Positions 24,943-37,441 of a stretch of DNA of 64,000 bases are shown one piece after another. A program made the translations under genes and the position numbers. This DNA is from Gekko japonicus (lineage: Eukaryota): the NCBI RefSeq assembly GCF_001447785.1, contig NW_015173707.1:6110-70109 (forward strand). The letters are read 5' to 3'. The number at the start of each line of letters is the position of its first letter. Position 1 is the first letter of the stretch. The notes under the pieces are model-generated. The model searched no databases. It was given only the letters and a program-made list of their open reading frames with translations, and was not told where the DNA came from.

Positions 24943-25054
24943 GACATGCTTGGCAAAGACACCAGTGTCAAAGTGTGCTGTCTTCCATTCATCAGAAGAA
25001 CATATTCAAAAACTAAAAGAAGCAGCAAAAGACGATGAAAAGCAGCTAATCATA
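24943..25054 (+). CDS. ESCO1: ESCO1 coding exon 4 (start of the PIP-like QLIIDAGQK motif)
   Basis: ttaaag|G ACA TGC...CAG CTA ATC ATA|gtgagt, 112 nt, ending KLKEAAKDDEKQLII. Confidence 0.92.
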
Positions 25055-26764
25055 GTGAGTGTGTGTATGCTCTAAATTTTAAGCTTCTTTCTGCCCGCTA
25101 TTTTAAGGAAAATATCTTTTTAAAGTGCCTCTATCTTTCTGTGTTCATAAAACATTTTGGAAATGGGGAAGCTTAAGGGGAAGGCAGTGGACTGTATGGC
25201 AAGTGAAGGCAGCCAGAGTCTATCTTCTTTGAAAAGAATTTTCCTCCCCAAGGGTGAGTGAATTCGTAAAATCGGTTGTTGTATCACAGGATATATTTTG
25301 TCTTCTTCACAGTGCCTGTTTGTATGATAAAGAGAAATAGTTACAGTACTGAAACTCTGCATCATTATGTAGCTCTTGTGTCTTCTCTTCATATAATCTC
25401 TGGTTTTAGCTATACGTTTAGGGCATTACCCTTTAATAACAAAAATAACACCACCACTGTAAGTGGGAATAAGCTTCCATAAACAATAAATTATGTGCAT
25501 TAGTCTTCTTATGAGCCAGTAGAGTATGTATGCGCTCAGAATTTTCTTGATCTTCTTGCCACAGTAGATTCCAGTACTGAGCATCCCGTAAATATAAAAG
25601 AGAGAGAGAGAGAGAGAGCTCTCTGGCGGTTTAGTGCCCACATTCAGATTCTTTGTGTTTAAAATGCGTATTATGCTGGCCACCCATAATAGCTGTTGGC
25701 TTTTTAAATATGTGAGCGAAAAAAGGAGAGCAACAGGAACTGCTGCATTCTCAGCCAAAGGGGAAAATCCAGATATTCAGATGTATCTGGCAGCTGCCCC
25801 TCTGTATCCCTTATTCCTCAGGATGGCAGCCAAGGAATTCATGCCATAGAATCTCATAAGGTTTATTATATGAGCTTGCTTCCTTAACAGATGTGTGCAT
25901 TATGTTATGTCTCTTATCTGCTTTAAGAAATGTCTACTTGTAAATATGTATATCTGTCAAGCCAAGTCTAAACATACTGTAGTATGATCAAGAAACAAAA
26001 CTCAGAGGGGTGCAGAGAAGAAGCTCTTTTCCATATAGAAATGAATGGTAACTGTCTAGTTATATGGGAGAAATGACAGTGTTGCCCTTGGGGACAGGGA
26101 GAGAGAGGGGGAGAGAGAGAGAGAGTTAAATATGTAAGCGAAAGCAAACAGATTATTTGGTTGAGGTAGGATGCATGTGAAAATCTATGCCTAAATCATG
26201 GGAAACATAATTTGCACCTACCTTGTTCCAGTGCTGAGCAGGCTGACTTCCTGAGCACTGGTGGTGTTTAGAGAATTTCTCCTCAGGATCAGGGAACCCT
26301 GACCCAGTCTGTGCATTTATGTATTAGTACATTAAAGGGACCGGCTCTGCACCTGAACTTCTGACTTCTCTGGTGAATCATGTTAATGGAAGTCATGTTA
26401 ATGGAAGTTACCAGAAGTAAAACTCCTCTACCCCGGCTTTTTGAACTAATATCACATTAGGCATATCACTGTAGGATATGGAGCAGTGTACCATCCCTGC
26501 CTACCTATCATAAGTAAGGAATGAAGGACCATGTTTACCTGATGCTTCTTTGTTACTTCCAGAGTTGCTAGTATAGTTATGGGGCTGGAGTGTTTATTTG
26601 ATCATGATATTTGTGTCCAGAGCACTTGAAGTTGATTCTCAGCCATGATGCTTAAAAAAACCTCCATACATAGCAACATGAAATTACAAGTGTTCATATT
26701 GTTATGGTCTCTTTATTTAAATAAATCTTTTGTATAGCATAAGCAACATGTTTCTTTTACTTAG

Positions 26765-26896
26765 GATGCAGGACAAAAAAGGTTTGGAGCCATTTCCTGC
26801 AATATTTGTGGAATGCTTTATACTGCTTCAAATCCTGAGGATGAAACACAACATCTTCTATTCCACAATCAGTTTATAAGTGCCGTAAAGTATGTG
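26765..26896 (+). CDS. ESCO1: ESCO1 coding exon 5 (C2H2 zinc finger)
   Basis: cttag|GAT GCA GGA...TAT GTG|gtaaga, 132 nt, [44 protein letters not shown]. Confidence 0.97.
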
Positions 26897-29800
26897 GTAA
26901 GAAGACCTCATTTCTTTTATAAAACAGAGTATGTTATGTGGGGTTGCTGTATTTATTAATTAGAATACTTCTGGATGTTGATTATATTTCATTTAACAAA
27001 CATTTCTAAAAAGCTAAACAAGAGTCAGATCTGTTTAAAAATGTCTTTGGAACCTAGTCGGTTATGAATGCACTGTTTATGCATTTTTTACCTGTCTTGA
27101 TAGTTTTTTTTTTAAAGCTGTCTTACAGTATATAGCTTAATACTCAACATTTGACATAAAGTTGGACAGTGGTTTCTCTACAAAGCCATGAATGTTTTTT
27201 AATATGTTTGATCACTGTTTACATTTAAAATGTAAACTCAGAAATAAAATGGGGCACACTTTCAACATAATTTTAAAGACATTTGCAAATAAAACTGCTA
27301 ATTAAGAATATCAAGCTTTGAATTGTACAAGAGTTTTTATACTATACAAAGCTGATCTGCCCCTCTAGCTGAAGTAAGAATCAATGACATTAGTTTTCTT
27401 TATCACATGTTACCTTCCTTATTCTGCATTGGCATTGGTAAGACCTCCAGGAGAACTGAACTGAACTCATTAAGCCACTTCATTTGTGTACCACACAGAA
27501 ATTCCATCTTCAGTTCAAAACTACTGTAGAATTTCATGAGGTACTGTTCAAAATTCTGAGTATGTTTTTTAAAAGGCTCTCATGTGTTGCAACTTTTCCC
27601 CTTTTTAATTTGGCAGTCTGAGTACTAACCGCCATATTCCAAAATATCTTGTCATATATTGGTTACTTATACACAGTGCAGTCAACCTGGGTATTTTAAA
27701 GCAGGTTCTGAGCTTTTATTTTCCAAGATTCTTCTGAAAATATTTGTGTAGCTTGATGATCCAGTATTAGTAATTAAACTCTTCCATGACTGATCTAGTC
27801 CCCTGTGTAAATACAGAGTATTTTTAGCATGGGGGACTGAGGTAAAAAGGGCCTAAATTTGAGAGATTGAGAGTTCTGTTTCATTGTGCCCCTTATCTTT
27901 TCTTCTGATTTAATACTGACATTTATCTGCTTTTTAGCAGATGTTTGGCACTTTTAGCAGATGTTTGGCACCCTTCACAGTAATCCTTTCAACAGCCCTG
28001 TAAAGTAGGTTATTATTAAAACATATTGCAGGTACAGGGGGTTTGCATAAAACTTGCCTAAAATCATGGCTTTGGTAAGGTTTGAGTCAGAAAACTTCCA
28101 TCTTTAATATGAAGGATTAGAATTGGTAGAAGAAAGTGCCTGATACTCGAGTATGGGCAACAAAGAAATTCTTCATGGAAAACACTAGTTCTGTGTAAGT
28201 GGGAAAAGGTGATTTTTCTTCTTGTGTTTCTTTAGAGCTCCATTAGAATTGGCAAGCTTTGCTGTTTGCCTGAAGCAGTTGGTATCAGTGCATTTTTATA
28301 GAGCCATGGTGTGGGGATTGAATACCCACTCTCCCTTGTAATTTTAAAAGACCTTTTAAATACTTCACAGAATGAGAGAGAAAGTGTTGCACTGGCAAAC
28401 ATTGTATTTCATCTACATGTGGAGTAAACTAGGCACAACAGTGATTTTAACCTTTATTTCATTTATTTTTTATGTCACCTCAGAAGTTTAAATAGAGAAA
28501 AAGTGTTTAAAAAATTAAAATAAATTGGTACCTGGAGAGGAGGAGCAGAAGGGGTTCATCTGTTCAGAATCGCTTCATCTTGGTAGTTCTCCTTCCATCT
28601 GAACTTTATTCCCACTTCAGTTGTTGGCTATATTGGTGATCATGGACAGCCAGCAGCAGCACTGTTAACAAGATGCCCCCCCACTCAGTGTGCTTGGCAG
28701 GAGGTAGGGAAAAGCTATGGGAGCAGGTGTCAGAGCTGTGAGAAATGTTTTCCCCATTTTTCTTTGAGATGAAGGATTTTGTGCTTGGAAGTAAGGTATT
28801 CTTCAAATTTTATTTATTTATTCTTCAGATTTCTACCCTGCCCTCCCAGGTGAAGTCTTTCCATTTCAAACAGAATCCAGCGTTTTATTTTATCAGTGTT
28901 GTTTGCAATTAGAATAAGGCTGTGAAAGCAACAAGCAATCAAAGTGGGCATGGATTCACAGAAGCATAGTTAGTTTTCAGATTATATGATCTTTATGCAT
29001 CCATAGGGTTGCCTTTTATCCTGCGAGGGGCTCCTGGCTCCTCTTCTGGAGTGAGACCGTCACCGGTAGTGATGTCATCATACAAGGGCCGTTGCACTGC
29101 GACACTCTAGTGTTTGAGGCAAAAACTCAGTGGTAACCATAGAGTTGCTCCGTGAATGCTAGAGCATTGCTGCATGGCGGCTCTAGTGTGATGTCATTGC
29201 ATCAGCAGTGTCCCTGTGTGATGGTGCTGTTGGGGGGTGGGGCCTCCCCCACTGGCCAGCGGTGGATTGGGGCCCCTGAAATTGGGGGGTCCCCTGGCCC
29301 CACTGGGGGAATGGTAATCCTATGCACCCATCATGCTTGAAATATTAATTTGAACCTAAGAGTTTTAAAATCCTTGATTCAGTTTTTAACTGTCTAGTCC
29401 TGTGCGTGCTGAAAGTAAGCCATGTTGATTTCAGTAGGACTTAATCCCAAATCATATATGCATAGCTTTGCAGCCTTAGATTTTACAAATTCTGTCTTAG
29501 NNNNNNNNNNNNNNNNNNNNNNNNNNNNNNTAGAATATTTTAGAGAATTTAAGAAATACTTCTGGCTTCTGAAACTGCCTTCTGAATTGGTTGGGATAGA
29601 CATCCAAATGTTTTGATGAAATGTAACCTTGTTATGCTATCGCAAACACTTTAAAAAGACCTTTATCTGATTGGATGGTAGTATCCCTTCAGTGTCTTCT
29701 CTTGAAAATGAGTATTGAAACAGAATGTACTGCAGTCCATGAGCTATGAGATGAACTTCTTTTTTTAATCATAGGGACATCTAGGGACAGCATAGCTTGA

Positions 29801-29981
29801 AGTGAGTTCCCCTCCTTCCAGCCTCTAAGTTTATGCTTATAGGTAATCCTAGTGAAGTATTTGTTTGTTCTTTCTATAAACACTACTTTCAGTATTCTTT
29901 CTGACCAGCAAAAACTCTAACTTCCAGATAAGTCCCATCTTAATAGACTTAAGTGGCTTTTTGTTTTGTTTTTCCATGCAG

Positions 29982-30099
29982 GTACAGCTCATTAATCACC
30001 ATCAGTGTGGATCTGAAGAAGAGTTAATTACCTCTTTTTGAGTATGTTTAACTTCAGATACACACCACATAGCAGCTTTTCCCATTAGGTTCTTAGAAG
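29982..30099 (+). other. ESCO1: Candidate ESCO1 poison (premature-stop) cassette exon
   Basis: Strong acceptor ttgttttgtttttccatgcag| and donor GAAG|gtagtt, 118 nt. In frame it reads VQLINHHQCGSEEELITSF* (TGA at 30039-30041) and contains an inverted repeat. Confidence 0.7.
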
Positions 30100-30675
30100 G
30101 TAGTTACTATATTACTTTATAGTCTCATTTTGCGACTATGATAGTTATAACCAGTGACCAAATATATTCTTTATATTTTAAACACTGCATGCCATTCAAT
30201 TTGTTGAAAACCTCCTGGAGGTCTTTTGCATGCCAGTACTTCAAGATGTATGCACTTTATATCTGTGGAGGTAACTATGTTAAAGAAACAACAACTGTAA
30301 ACATCTGACTGTTTACAGGAGAGTAGGTACACGCATACACACTTTAATGCCTGCATAACCTCAATGTTGCTGCTTGGGGAATGGGTTCATTTAATAAACT
30401 AGGTTGCTAATTCTAATCCAACCTGTGTTGAAATTATTTAAAACAAAACTGAAGAATTTTGAAATATTAAAAATGTCCATAAAATACTTGCTGCCTTTCT
30501 GTATTTCATAACATTGCTTCTGTCCGCTCATACAAATAAATTAAACAGTTCATTCAGATTTTTGCCTACCAAATAGAGATAGATTATTTTATAATCACCT
30601 TAAATGAAAGCGGCATAATTGTAAACGATGGGTTATGCAGTATATGCTTAGTCAGATATTTATTTGTTTCTGTAG

Positions 30676-30765
30676 GGTTGGAAAAAAGAAAGGATTTTGG
30701 CTGAGTATCCTGATGGCAAGATGATAATGGTACTTCCTGATGATCCAAAGTATGCACTGAGAAAG
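30676..30765 (+). CDS. ESCO1: ESCO1 coding exon 6
   Basis: ctgtag|GGT TGG AAA...AGA AAG|gtagtt, 90 nt, GWKKERILAEYPDGKMIMVLPDDPKYALRK. Confidence 0.97.
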
Positions 30766-31784
30766 GTAGTTCAAACTTCTAAAAGCATATTTTCTATTCT
30801 TGGTTATGCATTCCAGAAAATAGTGTAGGAGCACTGGATTAGTAATTCCAGGGGTGCTTCCTTGGTTAATTGTGTGTCTTCCGTCTCCCCCCCCCCCCAA
30901 TACACTTAATCTTAAATATTTGCAATCTATAGCTTGGTCAACATAAGTGAGCTGCAGTCAGAAAGATCACTTAGTGGTAATGTCATCTTTGTGATGCACA
31001 GTTATCTTTGGATTTTTATATGGCCCAGATAAAATCATGTAGACATATAAAATTGTGAATTTTTGAACACCTGTCAGCATTTTAAGAATCTTAACTGTTT
31101 TCCCTTTTCACCCACATGGACTGCAGCCTGAAAAAAAAACAAACCCTAATATGTATGAATGGTCAGGTTATTCTAAAAATGTCATAACTGACAAGTCATT
31201 GTGTAGCTGGATAGGAGTAGATACTTCAAGATAGACAGTGAGGTAACCACTAAGACTGGGCACGAACTGGCTCACAAACTAAAGTTCGTGATGAATTTTG
31301 TCTGGTTCGTGCTTCACAAAGTGATGTTTGTAAGTGTCGCTATCATCATGAATTGCTACAAACTTTTAGCACAGTTTGTAGGCAATTTGCAAATGGCTAC
31401 ATTTTGCACACTGTCTCTGATCAATCAACTTGTTTTCCAAACCGCCCAGCAACAGTGGGGGTGGAATTCTCCAGCCTTGAAAACACCAATAGGGTGCCTC
31501 CAAAGCTTAACAGGCAGTGTTGGCTGCCAATAACAGAGTTCCCATTCTGCTCTATTAGGCGAGAAAGCTATATATATTCTAGCTCACCTCTGCACTCTCT
31601 CCTTTGTTGGCTGAGAGGAAGGGCACTTGTGGAAAGCAGGAAAGCTTAGCAGAGCACATTCATTTCTTTTTCAATCAGGAATCTTTCCTGATTGTGAGTA
31701 CACCTCTCCCCAGCTGGTTGTGTGGGTGGTGTGAGGGCTGTGAGCCATCTTGCCTCTCGGCTGACCCTGAGCCAAAGGGTTAGC

Positions 31785-34710
31785 CAGGGGTCATTTGGGG
31801 GGGACGCGGGGGGACGCGTCCCCCCGGGTTAGGGGCGGGGGCGGGGCACACAACGAAGCCCCGCCCCCTGTGAAACCAGAGGCACAACCAGCTAAGGAAG
31901 GGGGGAGGCAGCAAGAGCACTCAGAACTGAGAGCCGGACCCGGCGAACGCTCTCATGGAGGGACTGGGGCTCCTGCGGCGGGATAGGGCTCGCTCCCAGG
32001 CGGGTCCCAGTGGTGCCGGCTGGCGCGGCTAGGCTGGGGCGCTGATTCCTCTCCTCCGCCGCTCCGGCTCTGCTCAATACACCATGGCCGCCTCTTTCAG
32101 CCAATCCCAGCGCCAGAGCCATTCCCACACAGCGTGTAAAATGCTGCCACTGGTCTTGTACTGCATTTTATACAGTCTACCTGAAGAGACGGGGCGGAGA
32201 GAGAGCGGTACAAACATCACGCTCTAGAAAACCAGAATGGTTTTGTCCCCTTCGCCCGCCTGTACAAACCCTGGAAGTGTGGCTCCTCCCCGTCTCCCCA
32301 CCTCCCTGCCGGCGTTGCCCGGCTTTGGCGCTCTTGAACCTTCCTGGGTAAGCCCGTGTTTTGCCACTCCTCTCCCATCGTAGATTTGGTATCTTCTTCA
32401 TTTTCCTTTATCTGTATAGGGTCTTGAGGTGGATTCAGCTATGCTGTTGTCATGCAGAAATTAACACTGTCCTTTTGAGAACAGTGAGAGGATCTTGTGG
32501 AATGGGTTCCTTTATGAAGCCGGGTGGCTTGGTAGTGGAGGGCAAGTCTGTCTGCTGTGAGTGCTTTTTTTCCTGAGGAACCCCTGCTAAACTTTCAAAG
32601 AGTCCCAGGCATTGCCCATGTGGCTTCTTCCTCTCGCCCTACAAACTTGTCCCCACACGCCCCCAGGCAACCCCCACCCCCCAACTCCCTCGCTTATAGC
32701 ACATGAAGGCTCCAAATGGGGCGAGGAGGCAGTGACTCAAGAGACGGGAGGCGGCAAGGACGAGGGGTGCTGGACCGAGGCGCAACCCCTTCCCCGCAGA
32801 TCGCATCCTCGAGTGCGCTGCCGGAGAGCGGGCCTCGAGACGGCGCCGCCGCCACCAGGGTCCGCTGAATCGTCCCATTCAGGCAGCGGCGACACACCCC
32901 CTTTGCTCCGGGCGGGGCCAAACTGGCCCGCCTGGGCTGAGCGTCTCCACTGCCAAGTAGGGTGGACGGGGAGGAAGTGCTGGGAGAGACGCAGAAGGAG
33001 ACGGTTGGGCTGGAGGTCGGAGGGAGAGCCGACCAGGCGAGCGTTTCCTTAGACCCTCTAAAACACATTGTTGAGCGATTGCACAAACCACTCCCCAAGA
33101 ATCACACAGAAGCTTCCGTTTCAGAGTAGGCAGGGTAGGGAGGGCGAGCGGGGGATCTCGAGAGTCTTGTTGCCCTCCTCTGGCTCCCCCCCCCCGGTTT
33201 CGTTTTTCCAAGCCTTAATTCCTTCCTCTGTAGGATGTCAATGCTGGATGAATTTTTCCTCTCCTGTAGTGCTGGTAATTGGGCTGTCCCATGAAGTTGA
33301 AAGAGGATAGATTCAGGACAGTCAGGTTTGCTGCGCAAAGTGTTAATTGTGGAATTTTTTGAGCACCTGTGTATTAAGTGCTCTGAAGTCACTTTTGACT
33401 TATGGTGACTAGTGTTCCCTCTAAGCTGAGTTAGTGTGACCTAGCTGACAGTTTTTTAGCCTCTGGCTCACACTTTTGTCTCAGAAAGGATGGCTCCAAA
33501 GCAAACTGATTTATGCAGTAGCCAAATTGCTAGCTCATAGTTTTAATGCCAGTAGCTCACGAANNNNNNNNNNNNNNNNNNNNNNNNNNNNNNNNNNNNN
33601 NNNNNNNNNNNNNNNNNNNNNNNNNNNNNNNNNNNNNNNNNNNNNNNNNNNNNNNNNNNNNNNNNNNNNNNNNNNNNNNNNNNNNNNNNNNNNNNNNNNN
33701 NNNNNNNNNNNNNNNNNNNNNNNNNNNNNNNNNNNNNNNNNNNNNNNNNNNNNNNNNNNNNNNNNNNNNNNNNNNNNNNNNNNNNNNNNNNNNNNNNNNN
33801 NNNNNNNNNNNNNNNNNNNNNNNNNNNNNNNNNNNNNNNNNNNNNNNNNNNNNNNNNNNNNNNNNNNNNNNNNNNNNNNNNNNNNNNNNNNNNNNNNNNN
33901 NNNNNNNNNNNNNNNNNNNNNNNNNNNNNNNNNNNNNNNNNNNNNNNNNNNNNNNNNNNNNNNNNNNNNNNNNNNNNNNNNNNNNNNNNNNNNNNNNNNN
34001 NNNNNNNNNNNNNNNNNNNNNNNNNNNNNNNNNNNNNNNNNNNNNNNNNNNNNNNNNNNNNNNNNNNNNNNNNNNNNNNNNNNNNNNNNNNNNNNNNNNN
34101 NNNNNNNNNNNNNNNNNNNNNNNNNNNNNNNNNNNNNNNNNNNNNNNNNNNNNNNNNNNNNNNNNNNNNNNNNNNNNNNNNNNNNNNNNNNNNNNNNNNN
34201 NNNNNNNNNNNNNNNNNNNNNNNNNNNNNNNNNNNNNNNNNNNNNNNNNNNNNNNNNNNNNNNNNNNNNNNNNNNNNNNNNNNNNNNNNNNNNNNNNNNN
34301 NNNNNNNNNNNNNNNNNNNNNNNNNNNNNNNNNNNNNNNNNNNNNNNNNNNNNNNNNNNNNNNNNNNNNNNNNNNNNNNNNNNNNNNNNNGGCCCTCATT
34401 CAGCTAGGAGGAGGCAGGAGAAGAGGGAGGGTACATTGCTTCCTCCCTGCCTCTCTCCCCCCCTGCCTGCCTGGGGCCAGGGAGGGCCTTCGCGGGGCTT
34501 CCTTGCACTCCCGCCGGCCTTGCAGGTCCACCGCCGGGCCCCTCATGGGGCTCGGCAGTGGAGCTGCAAGGCCGGCAGTGGCGGCCGGAACCGTTGGGGG
34601 CGGGGTGTGTGGCCTTATGACACACTTCCGGTGATGTCAGGGGGTGTGGCATATGCTAATGAGTTATGCTAATGAGTTCCCCTAGCTCTTTTTTTACGAA
34701 ATGACCCCTG
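31785..34710. mobile_element. Non-autonomous hAT-type DNA transposon (~2.9 kb including an N gap) with GC-rich interior
   Basis: Terminal inverted repeats CAGGGGTCATTT (31785-31796) and AAATGACCCCTG (34699-34710). Perfect 8-bp TSD GGGTTAGC at 31777-31784 and 34711-34718. No transposase in the sequenced part. Confidence 0.85.
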
Positions 34711-35744
34711 GGGTTAGCTACTGAAAAATGAACTATCTGCACTAAGGGCCTTCTCGCCCCTGCAAGAAAAAACTTTGTACATGAATTAAAGCCTGAGCTG
34801 AGGTCTGTGTAACTGGTTATAAAGAGTGAAGACCCACCTCCTGGAAGAAAAGTCTCCCACCCCCCACCTCCTTGAAGAAAAGCAAGGTAAAAAAATAATA
34901 ATCAGATCCTCCAGAAGAAATGCGAGTTGGAGTAAACTTCTAGTAGATGAGTTCACTTTGAGAACTGGCTATTAACAACGTAAAATGAATTTGCCTGAAG
35001 TCAGATTATGAACATACAGGGTATGATCTAATCCACTGCAGGCAGAGCATCCATAAGGAGAAGCATCACTTGAAGGAATGCCTCGTTCCCACTGTCCTCC
35101 TGCAGTCAAAATATTAGAGCATGGTTGCATTTTGTCAGGTCACTAGAGAATGGGAGGCCTTGAGAACCTCCTATAGATCACCCAGGTTGCCTCTGGCTTG
35201 GTCAAGAGGGAGATAAGGTCTGTGATTCCCTGGAATGGGCTGGTTTTGAGTCTGTGCACTAAGAGGGGAAAGGAGGACTCCATTTGCCCTGTGTCAGTCC
35301 TCTGCATTTAGGCATCATGCTCACGGTGGACTAGCTCTGAGTTAATGTAATAGTGTAATAAATTAAATGCTGGTAGTTCTAACTGCCCTTAGTTCTTTCA
35401 GTATTTTAAAAAAAGCTATAACAAGGCTTTGATGAAAGTGCAAAAATTAAAATCTTTAATTAGTAGGTAACTATGATTTCCCCCCCCATATCAGTTTTAT
35501 AAATTGCTTTACGGCTTAAACTAAAGTGGAGTACCTGTTCAATTCAGCTATTAGGTGTGTATGGTTACTGAAGCTACAGTGTGCACACTTTTATTCTAAG
35601 AAATTCATTCTTAAAAACTCATACATGTTCTGTATATAGATCCTTAAGCAATCCTATAGCACTTTTTAAAAAGCATCACTTTAATACTAGTACTACTTTT
35701 TTGTGTCTTGGGTATAATTCTACCCTGTTTGTTTTGTTTGGCAG

Positions 35745-35885
35745 GTTGATGAGATCAGAGAGATGGTAGATAATGATCTTGGATTTCAGCAAGCTCCTCT
35801 TACATGTTCCAGAGCAAAGACACTCTTATTTATTTCAAATGATAAAAAAGTAGCTGGCTGTTTAATTGCAGAGCATATCCAGTGG
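35745..35885 (+). CDS. ESCO1: ESCO1 coding exon 7 (acetyltransferase domain)
   Basis: ggcag|GTT GAT GAG...CAG TGG|gtaagt, 141 nt, VDEIREMVDNDLGFQQAPLTCSRAKTLLFISNDKKVAGCLIAEHIQW. Confidence 0.97.
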
Positions 35886-36699
35886 GTAAGTGGGGTGTTG
35901 TCCATAACAACTGTAACTTTAATCTTTTGTCCCTCTGTATATTGAGACGTTCCTGTGGGTACTCTGCAGGTTTTCAGTTCCTACTGTGAAGAGCAGAACT
36001 GTGATGATTTGCAAATGCCCACCCTTCCATGTCTAGCAGCAGACTGTAATTGTTGTGTTGAGATCAGTTGGCTAAGAATGTTCCAGACCATTCCATAACT
36101 CAGGAGGCTGGAATCCTTTGTACAGCAGGCATTGTAATCCGTTTCATTCCTTACATGTTAGTGAGGTTGATCAGACAACACCTTTTCAGCTTTCTGCTCA
36201 CAACAGCCTTCTAGCAGACCTCCTGTGAATGGAGTGATTTGCATCAGGCACCCTGCTGTTGAGTGACCAGCTTTTGTAGGGGGCAATGTTCATTTAACCT
36301 GGAAAAATCTGAAGTGGAGCCTAAATGAATTTGAGGACTACACCAGCTGTGCATAGGACAAGCATATTCTGGGTAAAAAATAGCTGGTAGAAGATGCATT
36401 CTAAATTTTAGAAGACTATATTGCATAAAACTGATAGACTTATTTCTCCAAGTATTTGGCAGCAGATTGTGTAGTGCCACTTCAGTTAGAGGCATAAACG
36501 CTTCCAATTTCTGCTTCTGTTCCTGCTAAGCAAGGTAATAAAAATGTGATGGGGGAAAAGTGCAGTGCTCTAGATGGAAAATAGTCCTGGGAAAACTTGA
36601 CAGGAATATTTCATTATAGCACATAAGGCCATCGTGCATAAGCAGCTTTAAATCACTTTGCAAGGATAAAGTATGCTAAAACTAGGATTCTTCCCCTAG

Positions 36700-36887
36700 G
36701 GTTATAGAGTTATAGAAGAAAAGATTCCAGAAGCTGATTCTGAAAATGAGAAGGTCATCTTTGAAAGGCAGAAAGCTTGGTGCTGCTCAACGTCTCCTGA
36801 GCCTGCTATATGTGGCATTAGTCGCATCTGGGTGTTTAGCCTGATGCGAAGGAAGAAAATAGCTTCTCGCATGTTAGAATGCCTTAG
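36700..36887 (+). CDS. ESCO1: ESCO1 coding exon 8 (acetyl-CoA-binding region)
   Basis: ccctag|GGT TAT AGA...CTT AG|gtaagc, 188 nt, GYRVIEEK...AWCCSTSPEPAICGISRIWVFSLMRRKKIASRMLECL. Confidence 0.97.
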
Positions 36888-37293
36888 GTAAGCAAATTTG
36901 CAGAATTAGCATGGACTGTGTGTTTAAGATGCATGTGTTGTCTTAATACTTTAACATTTATATAGTATTTTAGGGTATTCAAAGTGTTTTGTGTATCAAA
37001 ATTCACCAGAAAAGATAAGCTGCAGAAACCTTTTCAGTGTTGCTGTAACTGTTAGAAGACTTCTCGTTTCATCATGGTTATAGGAGTCCTATTAGCAAAG
37101 GTTTATTATTCAGAAGTTGTGTGCTCAGTGGTTGCACAGACTAACATTGGTGTTTGAGAGTTATTAAATGAAGTATTTACAGAAGAAGTATTTGTACAGG
37201 TATTCTCTTCATAGTATGTATTTTTAATCAACAGCATGGCTGCTTCTTACAATTTCCCTTGCAACTTCATGATTTTTTTGTGTCTTTAAACAG

Positions 37294-37441
37294 GAGTAAC
37301 TTTATATATGGTTCATATTTGAGTAAAGAAGAAATTGCTTTTTCTGATCCTACTCCTGATGGGAAACTCTTTGCAACACAGTACTGTGGTACTAGCCAAT
37401 TCCTGGTATACAATTTTCTCAATGGACAACAACCTGCTTGA
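37294..37441 (+). CDS. ESCO1: ESCO1 last coding exon
   Basis: aaacag|G AGT AAC..., [48 protein letters not shown]. The nine exons sum to 3042 nt (1013 aa plus stop). Confidence 0.97.

Noticed and set aside
32612-33310. Several 80-146-aa ORFs in the GC-rich block
   Set aside because: They lie inside the hAT-bounded element and show no transposase or other domain signature.
33476-34672. Long ORFs made mostly of X (also at 49330-50161 and 60854-61547)
   Set aside because: Artefacts of translating through N gaps.
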